A stretch of DNA of 64,000 nucleotides from an uncultured Actinomycetes bacterium (GTDB lineage: Bacteria > Actinomycetota > UBA4738 > JBBDHU01). The stretch lies in the NCBI GenBank assembly GCA_964640385.1, contig CAZXFL010000001.1, positions 81,609 through 145,608 of the forward strand, read 5' to 3'. The position numbers and the translations under genes are program-made. The notes under the pieces were generated by a model that did no database searches, had not been told where the DNA came from, and was given only the letters and a program-made list of their open reading frames with translations. Of the stretch, positions 14,636-24,508 are shown piece by piece. The stretch's first letter is position 1; every line of letters begins with the position of its first letter.

Positions 14636-15513
14636 CAGTCCGCTCCCGCCATCCGGCGTCGCCGGTCGCGCTCGACCAACCGGTCCGTGAACCGCGCCAG
14701 CGGGACCGTGATGGCCACGAACAGGAGGGCCGCCGCGACGTACGAGGTGTAGTTGAAGGTCTCGGCCGCGTAGATCCCGGCCGCTCGTACCGCTTCGATC
14801 GGGCCGATGATCGAGACCAGCGCAGTGTCCTTCTGCAGCCCGACGAAATCGTTCAGGAGCGGTGGCACGACTCGGCGTACCGCCTGCGGGATCACGACGA
14901 ACCGCAGCGACTGCCAACGTGACAGCCCGAGGGAGCGGGCCGCGGCGCCCTGGCTAGGATGGATCGACTCGATCCCGGCGCGGTAGACCTCGGCAACGTA
15001 GGCCGAGTAGACGAGCACCAGGGACACGACGCCCCAGAAGACCGGCGAGGTCGGGACCCCTTCCAGATCCAGCGCCGGCATCCCGAACCCCAGCAGGTAG
15101 ATCACCAGGATGAGCGGGACCCCGCGGAACAGGTCGGTGAACGCGATCACGAGGGCCCGGAGCGGGAAGAAGACCGGTCCGGGCAAGCTCCTGACCACCG
15201 CCAGGAGCAATGCGAAGACGAGGATGATCGCCTCGGCGACGAGGAACATCTGCACGTTGAGCCAGAACCCGGCCAGGATCTCGGGCAACGCGGCCTTGAA
15301 GTCCTGCCAGTTGAAGAAGGACTCCTTGACCGATGCCCACCCCGGCGAGTTCACGACCAACACGCCGAGCGCCCCGAACACGAGGATCGTGCTGACGGTG
15401 GCGATCAGCGCCCCGCGGTTCCCGCCGCCCCGTCCCGGGGACAGGATCCGGGAGCGGCGGCCGGCGACGCCGAGGTCCGGGTCGGGGAACCCTCCGCCGG
15501 CGACTCCGGTCAC
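14635..15513 (-). CDS. polar amino acid ABC transporter permease
   Basis: FRGVPL, SAYVAEVYRAGI, EAA-like loop, KDTAL; start taken as GTG 15513. Confidence 0.9.
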   Translation of the reverse strand: MTGVAGGGFPDPDLGVAGRRSRILSPGRGGGNRGALIATVSTILVFGALGVLVVNSPGWASVKESFFNWQDFKAALPEILAGFWLNVQMFLVAEAIILVFALLLAVVRSLPGPVFFPLRALVIAFTDLFRGVPLILVIYLLGFGMPALDLEGVPTSPVFWGVVSLVLVYSAYVAEVYRAGIESIHPSQGAAARSLGLSRWQSLRFVVIPQAVRRVVPPLLNDFVGLQKDTALVSIIGPIEAVRAAGIYAAETFNYTSYVAAALLFVAITVPLARFTDRLVERDRRRRMAGAD

Positions 15514-15520
15514 GGCATCG

Positions 15521-16372
15521 CTACGAGAAGACCGGCGCGTTCGTCTTGTCGGCCAGCCACGTCTGCTCGATCTCGGCGAGCGTCCCGTCTGAGCGCAGCG
15601 AGGCCATGGCCTCGTTGACGCACTCGACCAGGGGATTGCCCTTCTCCAGGACGAACCCGAACTGCTCCTGCGCCCCCCCGGTCTGCGGGAACTGGCCGAC
15701 GACCTTGGATCCGGGGATCTGGACGGCCGTGATGTAGAACGCCGTCGGCAGGTCCACGACGATGCCGTCGATCTGGCCGTTCTCGAGGGCGGACTTTGCA
15801 TCGTTGGTCGAGTCGTACACGTACGGATCTTCGGTCGGGTAGATCTCGTCCTCGATGTAGCTCAGGCTCGTCGTTCCAACCTGCGCACCTAGCTTCGCCT
15901 CCGTCAGGTCGGCCACGCTCGTCGCGTTCGCGATAGACGAATCCTTCTTCGCGACGAGCGCTTGCGCGACGTCGTAGTAGCCATCACTGAACTCCACGAC
16001 CTCGGCCCGCTCCGGCGTGATGGAAACCTGGGTCAAGTAGACGTCGAAGTCCTTCGGGCCCGGTGCGTAGGACTTGTTGAACGGCACCACCGTCCATTCC
16101 ATCTCCTCAGGTGTGAAGCCCATCCGTTCCGCGACCGCGCGCGCAACCGCGCCTTCGTAGCCCTTGCCGTTGGACGGGTCGTTGCCCACGAACCACGGCG
16201 GATACGCCGGCTTGTCCGCACCGATCGTCAGCTTCCCCGGGGTCAGGAGGTTCAGGTTCTCCTTGACGCAGGCATCAGTCCCTTGGGCCGCGGGAGGTGG
16301 CGGCGATGATCTTTGCGCACATCCGGCGAGCAATAGCGTGGCGGTGGCGATGAGAGCGAAGAACTTGCGCAT
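15521..16372 (-). CDS. amino acid ABC transporter substrate-binding lipoprotein
   Basis: lipobox LLAGC, PAYPPW, SITPER, GAQVGTT; GGGAGG SD. Confidence 0.92.
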   Translation of the reverse strand: MRKFFALIATATLLLAGCAQRSSPPPPAAQGTDACVKENLNLLTPGKLTIGADKPAYPPWFVGNDPSNGKGYEGAVARAVAERMGFTPEEMEWTVVPFNKSYAPGPKDFDVYLTQVSITPERAEVVEFSDGYYDVAQALVAKKDSSIANATSVADLTEAKLGAQVGTTSLSYIEDEIYPTEDPYVYDSTNDAKSALENGQIDGIVVDLPTAFYITAVQIPGSKVVGQFPQTGGAQEQFGFVLEKGNPLVECVNEAMASLRSDGTLAEIEQTWLADKTNAPVFS

Positions 16373-16438
16373 CCTGACCCCTCCCGGTCGAAACCCCGCG
16401 CGAGCATAGCGCAGGTACCCGTCCGCCTGTCGAGCCGG

Positions 16439-17206
16439 CTACCGGCGGGGCTCCCACGAGAAGAAGCGGATCGCCAGTGCGAGCCCGACCAGTCCCCAGG
16501 CAGCCACGACCAGCAAGTCGCTCCAGGCGAACGGCGTCCCGAGGAATCCCGCGCTCATGGCTGCAACGAACGGCCGTATCGGGAACACCCTCCCGATGAA
16601 GACGATCCAGCCAGGGGCGTCGACGCCGATGGGGATGAAGATGCCCGACAAGAACAGCAGGGGCAGGATCGACGCGTTGACGATGGCGGGGGCGGCGTCC
16701 GCGTTCGGGACGATCGCAGTGATCGCCAGCCCCAGTGCGGCGAAACTTGCGGCGCCGACCACGAGCGTCACGAGGAACTGCAGCAACGACTCGCCGGTCG
16801 GGATCGTCGCGTGATACAAGGCGGCCCCGAACGTCGCGCAGATCGTGACCAAGATCAGGGCGACGAACGCCGAATGCAGGATGCGTCCCGTGAGGTAGGT
16901 CCAGCCGGGCAGCGGCGTCCCGCGGAGCCGCTTGAGGACACCGTTCTCTCGCTGGAAGGTCACGCTCATCGCGATGTTCGTGTAGCACGCTGAGATCACG
17001 GAGAACGCCGCCATCGCGGCCACGTAGTAGCTCGACTGCCGGACCGTCGAGCCCTCGAGCTGCACCTCGCCGTTCCCGAGGAGGGCCGTGAAGATCACCA
17101 GGAACATCAACGGGAAGGCGAACGTGAAGAACGCCGACGCCGGGTTGCGCCAGAACGCCTTGTTCGTGAAGCGCACCTGGCGAAGAGTCAACCCGACGTT
17201 GCTCAC
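16439..17206 (-). CDS. ABC-2 type exporter permease
   Basis: RENGVLKRLRGTPL, FLSGIFIP, RFFSWE; about six TM segments; GTGA overlap with ATPase. Confidence 0.88.
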   Translation of the reverse strand: MSNVGLTLRQVRFTNKAFWRNPASAFFTFAFPLMFLVIFTALLGNGEVQLEGSTVRQSSYYVAAMAAFSVISACYTNIAMSVTFQRENGVLKRLRGTPLPGWTYLTGRILHSAFVALILVTICATFGAALYHATIPTGESLLQFLVTLVVGAASFAALGLAITAIVPNADAAPAIVNASILPLLFLSGIFIPIGVDAPGWIVFIGRVFPIRPFVAAMSAGFLGTPFAWSDLLVVAAWGLVGLALAIRFFSWEPRR

Positions 17207-18120
17207 GACTCCTCCCCCATCCCCGAATGTTCCGCGGTCAACTCGAGGTAGATGTCCTCGAGTGTCGGCCGGTTCACGGTGATGTCCCCGAGCGCGACGC
17301 CGGCGTCGATGGCCCACCCGGTCAGGGCATGCAGGAAGGGCGCAGGATCTTCCGCCCGGTGCTCGGCGATCCCGTCTTCGAACATGACCTGAGCCGCCAG
17401 GACGTTGGGCAGCCGCCCATCGTCGACGCGGAACCGGACGATCGCCGTCCCGGTGTCCCGTCCGCCGAGCGTCTCCGGGGCGCCCCGGGCAACGATCCGG
17501 CCCGCCGCGATCACCGCGACCTCGTCGGCGAGGACCTGTGCTTCGTCCATGTAGTGCGTCGTCAGGAACACGCTCTTGCCGAGCGCAGCCAGGTTCTTGA
17601 CCACCTGCCACGCCGCGCGGCGCGCGTTCGGATCGAACCCGGTCGTCGGCTCGTCCAGGAACAGGAGCTCCGGATCGCCGGCCAGCGCGATGGCGACATC
17701 GAGCCGCCGCTGCTGACCGCCCGAGAGCCGGGCGACCTTCGCGTCCCGCTTCTGCTGCAGCCCGACGACCTCGATGACCTCGTCCAGCGGGCGCGGCGAG
17801 GGGTAGTAGCCCCGGTACAGTTCGATCGTCTCCGCGACGGTCAGGTACGGGTCGACCCCGGTCGATTGCAGCACGATCCCGACGCGTTCGCGCAGACCGC
17901 GCGGCCGCTGCGCCGGGTCGAACCCGAGGACGCTCACCTCACCGGCGGTCTGCGTCCGGTAGCCCTCGAGGATCTCGACGGTCGTCGTTTTCCCCGCGCC
18001 GTTGGGTCCGAGGAGCGCGAACACTTCGCCCCGCGGCACCGCCAGATCGATCCCCCGGACCGCGTGCACGTCGCCGTAGGACTTCTCGAGCCCGCGCGCC
18101 TCGATCGCCAGATCGCTCAC
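17203..18120 (-). CDS. ABC-2 type exporter ATP-binding protein
   Basis: GPNGAGKTT, LSGGQQRRL, DEPTTGFD, TTHYMDEA; GTG 7 nt after TAGGCT. Confidence 0.92.
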   Translation of the reverse strand: MSDLAIEARGLEKSYGDVHAVRGIDLAVPRGEVFALLGPNGAGKTTTVEILEGYRTQTAGEVSVLGFDPAQRPRGLRERVGIVLQSTGVDPYLTVAETIELYRGYYPSPRPLDEVIEVVGLQQKRDAKVARLSGGQQRRLDVAIALAGDPELLFLDEPTTGFDPNARRAAWQVVKNLAALGKSVFLTTHYMDEAQVLADEVAVIAAGRIVARGAPETLGGRDTGTAIVRFRVDDGRLPNVLAAQVMFEDGIAEHRAEDPAPFLHALTGWAIDAGVALGDITVNRPTLEDIYLELTAEHSGMGEES

Positions 18121-18130
18121 GGCGGGGAGC

Positions 18131-18502
18131 CTACAGGGGGCGACGGCTGCTGAAGCCGGACTCCCGGTCGTGCCAGTAGCCGACCTCATCCTCGCCGAGC
18201 CGCCAGCACAGGAACACCGGCTCCCCATCCCGCTCGCTCGGGAAGTCGACCAGTCCGGACTCCGGATCGCGAACGACGATGCCCTCCGCCAAGACCTGCT
18301 CCAGCTCCTCGCGGATCGCCCGGTTGGCGTCGATCGACGCCGCGCTCTCCGCACCACCGCCGTTCCCGCCCGCGGACCGACCGACCTGCTGCGCACCGGC
18401 GATCACCGCGTGGCGCGCCTCCCGGATCCGCTCGAGCCGTCCGCGCAGGTCGACGAGCATCGCGTTCGCTTCCTCCACGGTGAACAGCCGTTCGTCGGGC
18501 AT
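18131..18502 (-). CDS. DUF2203 family protein
   Basis: FTVEEAN start, GLVDFP...LCWRLGE...WH...GF..RRPL family signature. Confidence 0.85.
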   Translation of the reverse strand: MPDERLFTVEEANAMLVDLRGRLERIREARHAVIAGAQQVGRSAGGNGGGAESAASIDANRAIREELEQVLAEGIVVRDPESGLVDFPSERDGEPVFLCWRLGEDEVGYWHDRESGFSSRRPL

Positions 18503-19204
18503 CTAGACCTCGATCAGCTCTCCGAGCTGATCGAGCGACGTGATCCGCGCCCCGACCTCGGGGTCGGCGAAGCGGTCGCGGCGGTCGATCAGGACCGGGA
18601 AAATGCCGACAGCCACAGCCGGATCCACATCGAAGTGTGGGCTGTCTCCGACGTAGGCGGTATCGCTCGGGGACACACCCGCTCGCTCCAGCGCCCGGCG
18701 GAAGAGATCGAGATCCGGCTTCTCGATCCCTTCGATCCCGGAGATGACTCGAACGGGGAAGTAGTCACGCACTTCGAGGCGCTCCAGCAGGGCCTCCAAC
18801 CAGGCTTCGAAGTTCGAGATGATGCCGAGCGCTGCTCCCGCGGAATGCAGCCGGTCGAGCGCCGGCCGAACGTCCTCGAAGAGCGCGTAGTTCGCCATGT
18901 CGCTGAAGGTGGTCCAGAGACGGTTCGGAAGGCCATCGTCAATCGGAAGATCGAGGGACACGAGCATCCGCTCGTACACATCCACCCAGAATCCCCTCGA
19001 AGCGCGCAGCGACGTCGTCCATCGCTCCCCGTCACGGGCCGCCTCCGAGAAGCGCTGGAGCACCACCTCCGACGCCGATCTGACCTCCCCGAGTTCGCGC
19101 GTCGTCCCCTCCGCCTCGAGCACCTGCACGAATAGCTCCGGAAAGGATGGGTGCGGGTGCACCAATGTCTCTCCGACATCGAAGAAGACCGCCTTGAACC
19201 TCAC
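18503..19204 (-). CDS. HAD-IA family hydrolase
   Basis: FFDVGETL, ISNF, EKPD, VGDS..FD; GTG 6 nt after TATCAT. Confidence 0.9.
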   Translation of the reverse strand: MRFKAVFFDVGETLVHPHPSFPELFVQVLEAEGTTRELGEVRSASEVVLQRFSEAARDGERWTTSLRASRGFWVDVYERMLVSLDLPIDDGLPNRLWTTFSDMANYALFEDVRPALDRLHSAGAALGIISNFEAWLEALLERLEVRDYFPVRVISGIEGIEKPDLDLFRRALERAGVSPSDTAYVGDSPHFDVDPAVAVGIFPVLIDRRDRFADPEVGARITSLDQLGELIEV

Positions 19205-19226
19205 GGTCGCATGATAGCCACGACGC

Positions 19227-19835
19227 TCAGCTGCGCTGGCCGGTGCGGTGTTCGAGTTCGCCCCAGAGCCGCTCGACCTGCCGCTGGAGGTCCTCCAGGG
19301 AACCCTCGTTGCGGATGACTGCATCGGCGAGCGATTCCTTGTCCTCCTCCGAGGCCTGCACAGCGTTGCGGGCACGGATGTCCTCTTCGCTGCGGCCCGG
19401 GTCGATCATCACGCGGCGAACGCGTTCGTCCTCAGGCGCTTCGACCACGACGATCACGTCGCACTCCGCGTCGAACCCCGACTCCAGCAGCAGCGGTGCG
19501 TCGAAGACCACGACCTTGTCGGTGCTGTGGAAGGGCTCGATGCGCTCGCGAAGCATGCGGAAGATCTCCGGATGCAGCAGCGTTTCGAGCTCCTTGCGTT
19601 CGATGTCGTTTGAGAACACGCGCTGGGCCAGCGCCGCCCGATCGATCTCGCCGCCCGGCAGCAGCACGTCGGATCCGAACAACTCCACGACGCCCACGTA
19701 GCCGCTGGTCCCGAGTTCTACCGCCTCTCGCGCGAGCTTGTCGGCATCGAACACGACCGCGCCCCGTTCGGCGAGGAGCCTGGCGACGGTGGTCTTGCCG
19801 GACCCGATGCTCCCGGTGAGGCCGACGAGCAGCAC
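19227..19835 (-). CDS. coaE: dephospho-CoA kinase
   Basis: VGLTGSIGSGKTT, DAD, LHP, DAPLLLE; follows rpsA. Confidence 0.96.
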   Translation of the reverse strand: MLLVGLTGSIGSGKTTVARLLAERGAVVFDADKLAREAVELGTSGYVGVVELFGSDVLLPGGEIDRAALAQRVFSNDIERKELETLLHPEIFRMLRERIEPFHSTDKVVVFDAPLLLESGFDAECDVIVVVEAPEDERVRRVMIDPGRSEEDIRARNAVQASEEDKESLADAVIRNEGSLEDLQRQVERLWGELEHRTGQRS

Positions 19836-21205
19836 TACTCGCCGCGTCCCTCGCGGCGCTTAAGTTCCTCGACGATCGACTCCAGGGAGACGTCCGCGTC
19901 CGCGTCCGCGTCTTCGCCCTCCGCCGCAGGTGCCGCCTCGGCGACCGCGGGCTCGAGGGCGACCTCCGCCGGCGCCGCCGGCTCGGGCGCCGCCGCGAGC
20001 TCCTCGGCCGGCTCCGGCTCGGGCTCCGCAGCGACGACTGGTTCCGCAGGAGCAACCTCGGCCGGTGCCACGGGCGCTTCCGCCTCGATCTCGGCTACCG
20101 GGACCGTGACCGACGCGCCACCGACCTGCTTCATCGACAGCGAGACCCGGCGGCGCGGAACGTCCACCTCGATGACCCGGGCGCGCACGGGATCCCCGAC
20201 GGAGATCACCTGTTCGGGCGACTCGACATGCTCCTCCGACAGTTCGGAGATGTGGACCAGGCCCTCGATGCCCTGCGACACGCGGACGAACGCACCGAAC
20301 GGCACGAGCTTGGTGACTTCGCCCTCGATGACCTCGCCGGCGCTGTACTGGCGCTCGAACTCCTTCCAGGGATCCTCCTGGGTGGCCTTCAGCGACAGGG
20401 ACACGCGCTCACGCTCCAGGTCGACGTCGAGCACTTCGACCTCGACCTCCTCACCCACCGTCACGACTTCGTTCGGGTGGTCGACGTGCTTCCAGGACAG
20501 CTCGGAAACGTGAACCAACCCGTCCACCCCGCCGAGATCGACGAACGCCCCGAAGTTCACGATCGACGAGACCGTGCCCGTGCGGCGCTCGCCCTTCTGC
20601 AGCGAGTCCAGGAACTTCTTTCGGCCCTCGGACTGCGACTCCTCGAGGAATGCGCGGCGCGAGAGCACGACGTTGTTGCGGTTGCGGTCCAGCTCGATGA
20701 TCTTGCACTCAAGCTGGGTCCCGACGAACGGGTGCAGATCGCGCACCCGGCGCAGGTCCACCAGCGACGCGGGCAGGAACCCGCGCAAGCCGATGTCCAG
20801 GATCAGGCCGCCCTTGACGACCTCGATCACGGGGCCCTCGATCGTGCCGCCCCCGTTCATGATCTCCTCGATGCGTCCCCACGCCCGCTCGTACTGCGCG
20901 CGCTTCTTCGAGAGGATGAGCCGCCCCTCCTTGTCCTCCTTCTGCAGGACCAGGGCTTCGATCCTGTCGCCGACCTTGACGACCTCGGAGGGGTCGACGT
21001 CGTGACGGATCGAGAGTTCCTTGCTGGGGATGACGCCTTCCGACTTGTAGCCGATGTCCAGGAGCACTTCGTCGCGGTCGATCTTGACGACGGTGCCTTC
21101 CATGATGTCGCCGTCGTTGAAGTCCTTGAGGCTCTCTTCGATGGCCGCTACCAGCTCCTCGGGCGTGAGGTCGCGCTCGAGTGCGGCCGTGTCCGTATCG
21201 GTCAT
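19835..21205 (-). CDS. rpsA: 30S ribosomal protein S1
   Basis: four S1 domains (DIGYKSEG, GFLPAS, GLVHVSELSW, GLVHISEL); AGGAGG SD before ATG 21205. Confidence 0.97.
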   Translation of the reverse strand: MTDTDTAALERDLTPEELVAAIEESLKDFNDGDIMEGTVVKIDRDEVLLDIGYKSEGVIPSKELSIRHDVDPSEVVKVGDRIEALVLQKEDKEGRLILSKKRAQYERAWGRIEEIMNGGGTIEGPVIEVVKGGLILDIGLRGFLPASLVDLRRVRDLHPFVGTQLECKIIELDRNRNNVVLSRRAFLEESQSEGRKKFLDSLQKGERRTGTVSSIVNFGAFVDLGGVDGLVHVSELSWKHVDHPNEVVTVGEEVEVEVLDVDLERERVSLSLKATQEDPWKEFERQYSAGEVIEGEVTKLVPFGAFVRVSQGIEGLVHISELSEEHVESPEQVISVGDPVRARVIEVDVPRRRVSLSMKQVGGASVTVPVAEIEAEAPVAPAEVAPAEPVVAAEPEPEPAEELAAAPEPAAPAEVALEPAVAEAAPAAEGEDADADADVSLESIVEELKRREGRGE

Positions 21206-21320
21206 GCGGTTGGGTCTCCTCCTGACACGCGGCCGCACCCGGTCGGCGATTGGGATTTGCCGTCGGGCACAACGCGCCCGCGCGTCGCCCGCAGATACTA
21301 GGTGACCTGCGGAAACACCG

Positions 21321-21719
21321 TCAAACGCGAGATCTTCGCGCGACCACGGTAGCGAGGCCGAACCCGAGCCATCCGGCCACGATGAGCCATTGCCAGGGCT
21401 GCAACCATTCGCCCATGAGCCCTGAGGCGAGCACCCCCAGGCCGGCCACTACGAACATCCCGACGACCGCCCACCGCTGCCTGCGACGACGGAGCGCTCC
21501 GGCAACCAGGAGCGCCATCACCCCGCCGGCGAGAAGGAATCCCCCTGGGAAGATCGCCATGTGCGCCGTGTCCGACGCGACTATCTCAACGTCCCAGTCG
21601 TTCTGGATACCGAGGGCGACCAGCCAGAAGCCCGCTGGGATCCAGATGGCAGCCGTCACCACCGCGAAGGCCAGCGCGGCCCGCCGAACCCCTTCGCCGT
21701 CGCCCGCCGACATCGTCAA
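21321..21719 (-). CDS. hypothetical 4-TM membrane protein
   Basis: four hydrophobic segments; fills gap between polA and rpsA and overlaps polA stop. Confidence 0.6.
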   Translation of the reverse strand: MTMSAGDGEGVRRAALAFAVVTAAIWIPAGFWLVALGIQNDWDVEIVASDTAHMAIFPGGFLLAGGVMALLVAGALRRRRQRWAVVGMFVVAGLGVLASGLMGEWLQPWQWLIVAGWLGFGLATVVARRSRV

Positions 21720-24367
21720 TGGCCCTCAGGCGCGGCCTCGGCCCAGTTCGGACCCCACCCGATGTCTGCCACCAGGGGGACCGTCAGGTCGACCGAGTGT
21801 TCCATCCGGTCGCGGACTAGGGCCGCCGCGTCCTCGACCTGCGATGCCCCGACCTCGAAGACCAGCTCGTCGTGCACGGTCAGAAGCATGTGCAGATCGA
21901 GGCCGGCATCCGCCACGGCCGCGTCCATCCGAACCATCGCGACCTTGAACACGTCGCTCGCGCTGCCCTGGATCGGGGCGTTCAGCGCCATCCGCCGGCC
22001 GATCTCCTGCACCCGGGGGTTGCTCGCCTGCAGCTCGGGGATGTAGCGCCGGCGCCCGAGCATGGTCTCGGTGTAGCCGTCCGCGGCCGCACGCCCGACC
22101 TGCTTGTCGAGGTACTCCTGGATGCCCGGGAAACTCTCGAAGTAGGCGTCCATGATCTCCATCGCCTCGTCGGGAGCGATGTCGAGCCGCTGGGCCAGCC
22201 CGTACGCGTTCATCCCGTACGCCAGGCCGTAGTTGACCATCTTGGCTCGCCGGCGCGATTCGGTATCGACCTTGTCGGGGGGGAGGTCGAAGACCTGCGC
22301 TGCGGTGGCAGTGTGGATGTCCGCGCCGGACGCGAACGCCGCCCGCAGCCCCTCATCCCCCGAGAGGTGCGCCAGGACCCGGAGCTCGATCTGCGAGTAG
22401 TCGGCGACCAGCAGGACCTGATCGGTCCCTCCCGGGACGAACGCGCGACGGATCCGACGGCCCAGATCGCTGCGCACCGGGATGTTCTGCAGGTTCGGGT
22501 TCGACGACGAGAGCCGGCCCGTGGCGGCGACGGCCTGGTTGAAGGTCGTATGGATACGTTCGGTCGCAGGGTCGACCAGCCGCGGCAGCGCTTCCAGGTA
22601 CGTCGAGTTCAGCTTGTCCAACTCGCGCCACCGGAGCAGCGCGTCAACGATCGGATGGTCATCCCGGAGCTTCTCCAGGACCGAGGCATCGGTCGACAGC
22701 TCCCCCTTCGGAGTCTTCTTGCCGGGGGTGAGGCCGAGCTTCTCGTAGAGCACCACGCGCAGCTGGAGCGGCGAGTTCAGGTTGAACTCCTCGCCGGCGT
22801 GATCGTAGATCTCGGCCCGGAGCCCGTCCATCTCCTCGTGGACGCCGGTCGCCATCTCGTTCAGATACGACACGTCGAGCGCGATGCCGCGCGCCTGCAT
22901 CCGGGCCAGGACCGACGACAGTGGCAACTCGACGTCGCGGAGCAGGTCCGCCAGGCCCGCCTTCTCCAGACGCTCCTGCATCACCGGCACCAGCAGTGCG
23001 ACGGCGGCAGCCGCGCCGGCTGTCTCGCGCCACAACTCGGCGAACAGCTGCCCTTCCTCCGAGCCCGTCGCCGACTCCAGCAGGTCGCTCCCCAGGTAGG
23101 TGACGCACAGATCCGCCAGCGGATAGTCGGCGGCCGCCGGATCCAGGAGGTACCCGGCGAGCAAGGTGTCGAACGCTACCCCTTCCAGCGTCCGGCCTTC
23201 GGCGACGAGGACGGTCTCGAGTTCCTTGGCCTCGTGGAGCCACTTCGGCGCGTCCTCCTCAGCGAACGCCCTGGCCAGGCCGGCGGGCATCACGCCCACC
23301 TCGGCGAACATCGCCCGCCCCTCTCCTGCAGACGCAGCGACGCCGGCGAGCTTCGACCCCTCGACCAGTCCCGCAACGGATTTCGGCGTCCGGGCGTCGA
23401 CCGCCTTCCCGACGGCCGATGCCGTTCCCTGCTCAAGATCCAGCTCGAGCGCGGGGGAAGCGTCGGACGGCCCGGTGGCCGCCGGGGTTCGTGTGGCGAC
23501 GACGGTCTCCTCCAGCCGATCCAGGAGGCTTCGGAACTCGAGCGAGATGAACAAGCTGCGGACCGCCTGCATGTCCCACTCTCCGATCCGGCAGTCCTCG
23601 GGTTCGACGTCGAGGTCCACGTCCGTCTCGAGCCGCGCGAGGTCCTTGTTCAGCTCGAGCTGCTCTTTGGAGGCTTCGACGTTCTCCTTCTGCTTGCCCT
23701 TGAGGTCGTAAGTGCGCCGGAGCAGCTCCTCGATCGACCCGAACTGCTGCACGAGCTTCGCCGCCGTCTTCTCCCCGATGCCGGGGACCCCGGGGATGTT
23801 GTCCGATGCATCGCCTTTGAGCGCGACGAAGTCCAGGTACCTCGATGGTGGGATGCCGAAGCGCGCTTCGACGGCCACCTCGTCGTAGCGGACGATGTCC
23901 GAGATCCCCTTGCGGTTGAACATCACGGTGATGCCGGGCCGCACGAGCTGGAAGAAGTCGCGGTCGGCGGTGACGATCACGGCGTCGATCCCTCGGTCGG
24001 CTGCCCGCATCGCCAGCGTGCCGATCGCGTCGTCCGCCTCGTGGCCCTCGACCTCGACGATCGGGACGTCCAGCGTCTCGAGGACCTCGTGGATCAGGCC
24101 CATCTGGTCGCGGAACTCGCTCGGAGCCTCCGGCCTGCCGGCCTTGTAGTCCTCGTACTTCTCCAGCCGCACCGTCGGCGCGCCTTTGTCGAACGCGACC
24201 GCCAGGTACTCGGGCCGCTCATCCGCCAGCAGCTTGATCAGCATGGACGTGAACCCGTAGACCGCGTTCGTGATCTGGCCGGTAGACGTGGCGAGGCTCG
24301 TCGGGAGGGCGAAGAACGCCCGGTACGACAGGCTGTGCCCGTCGAGGAGGTAGATGCGCTCGGTCAC
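21716..24367 (-). CDS. polA: DNA polymerase I
   Basis: 5'-3' exo (LDGHS..YRAFFA, EADD, GDASDNIPG), TGRLSSSNPNLQNIP, DYSQIELR, HDEL; GTG 8 nt after TACAAT. Confidence 0.99.
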   Translation of the reverse strand: MTERIYLLDGHSLSYRAFFALPTSLATSTGQITNAVYGFTSMLIKLLADERPEYLAVAFDKGAPTVRLEKYEDYKAGRPEAPSEFRDQMGLIHEVLETLDVPIVEVEGHEADDAIGTLAMRAADRGIDAVIVTADRDFFQLVRPGITVMFNRKGISDIVRYDEVAVEARFGIPPSRYLDFVALKGDASDNIPGVPGIGEKTAAKLVQQFGSIEELLRRTYDLKGKQKENVEASKEQLELNKDLARLETDVDLDVEPEDCRIGEWDMQAVRSLFISLEFRSLLDRLEETVVATRTPAATGPSDASPALELDLEQGTASAVGKAVDARTPKSVAGLVEGSKLAGVAASAGEGRAMFAEVGVMPAGLARAFAEEDAPKWLHEAKELETVLVAEGRTLEGVAFDTLLAGYLLDPAAADYPLADLCVTYLGSDLLESATGSEEGQLFAELWRETAGAAAAVALLVPVMQERLEKAGLADLLRDVELPLSSVLARMQARGIALDVSYLNEMATGVHEEMDGLRAEIYDHAGEEFNLNSPLQLRVVLYEKLGLTPGKKTPKGELSTDASVLEKLRDDHPIVDALLRWRELDKLNSTYLEALPRLVDPATERIHTTFNQAVAATGRLSSSNPNLQNIPVRSDLGRRIRRAFVPGGTDQVLLVADYSQIELRVLAHLSGDEGLRAAFASGADIHTATAAQVFDLPPDKVDTESRRRAKMVNYGLAYGMNAYGLAQRLDIAPDEAMEIMDAYFESFPGIQEYLDKQVGRAAADGYTETMLGRRRYIPELQASNPRVQEIGRRMALNAPIQGSASDVFKVAMVRMDAAVADAGLDLHMLLTVHDELVFEVGASQVEDAAALVRDRMEHSVDLTVPLVADIGWGPNWAEAAPEGH

Positions 24368-24427
24368 CAGGGCGGATTGTAGTCGGCCCCCGATGGCTGC
24401 CGGCCCGTGTCCGAGGCGATCGATCGT

Positions 24428-24456
24428 CTGACGGATTCCGACCTCCCAGATAGACT
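24428..24456 (+). promoter_or_regulatory. sigmaA-type promoter of efeU (CTGACG-17-TAGACT)
   Basis: hexamers and 17-nt spacer read directly. Confidence 0.6.
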
Positions 24457-24478
24457 TTCCCGCGCTGAAGCGAAACCG

Positions 24479-24492
24479 TTAGGTAACCCTGA
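24479..24492 (+). promoter_or_regulatory. DtxR/IdeR-like iron box TTAGGTAACCCTGA
   Basis: resembles TTAGGTTAGCCTAA core; lies between promoter and SD of an iron permease. Confidence 0.7.
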
Positions 24493-24508
24493 AAGGAACG
24501 CATCGGAT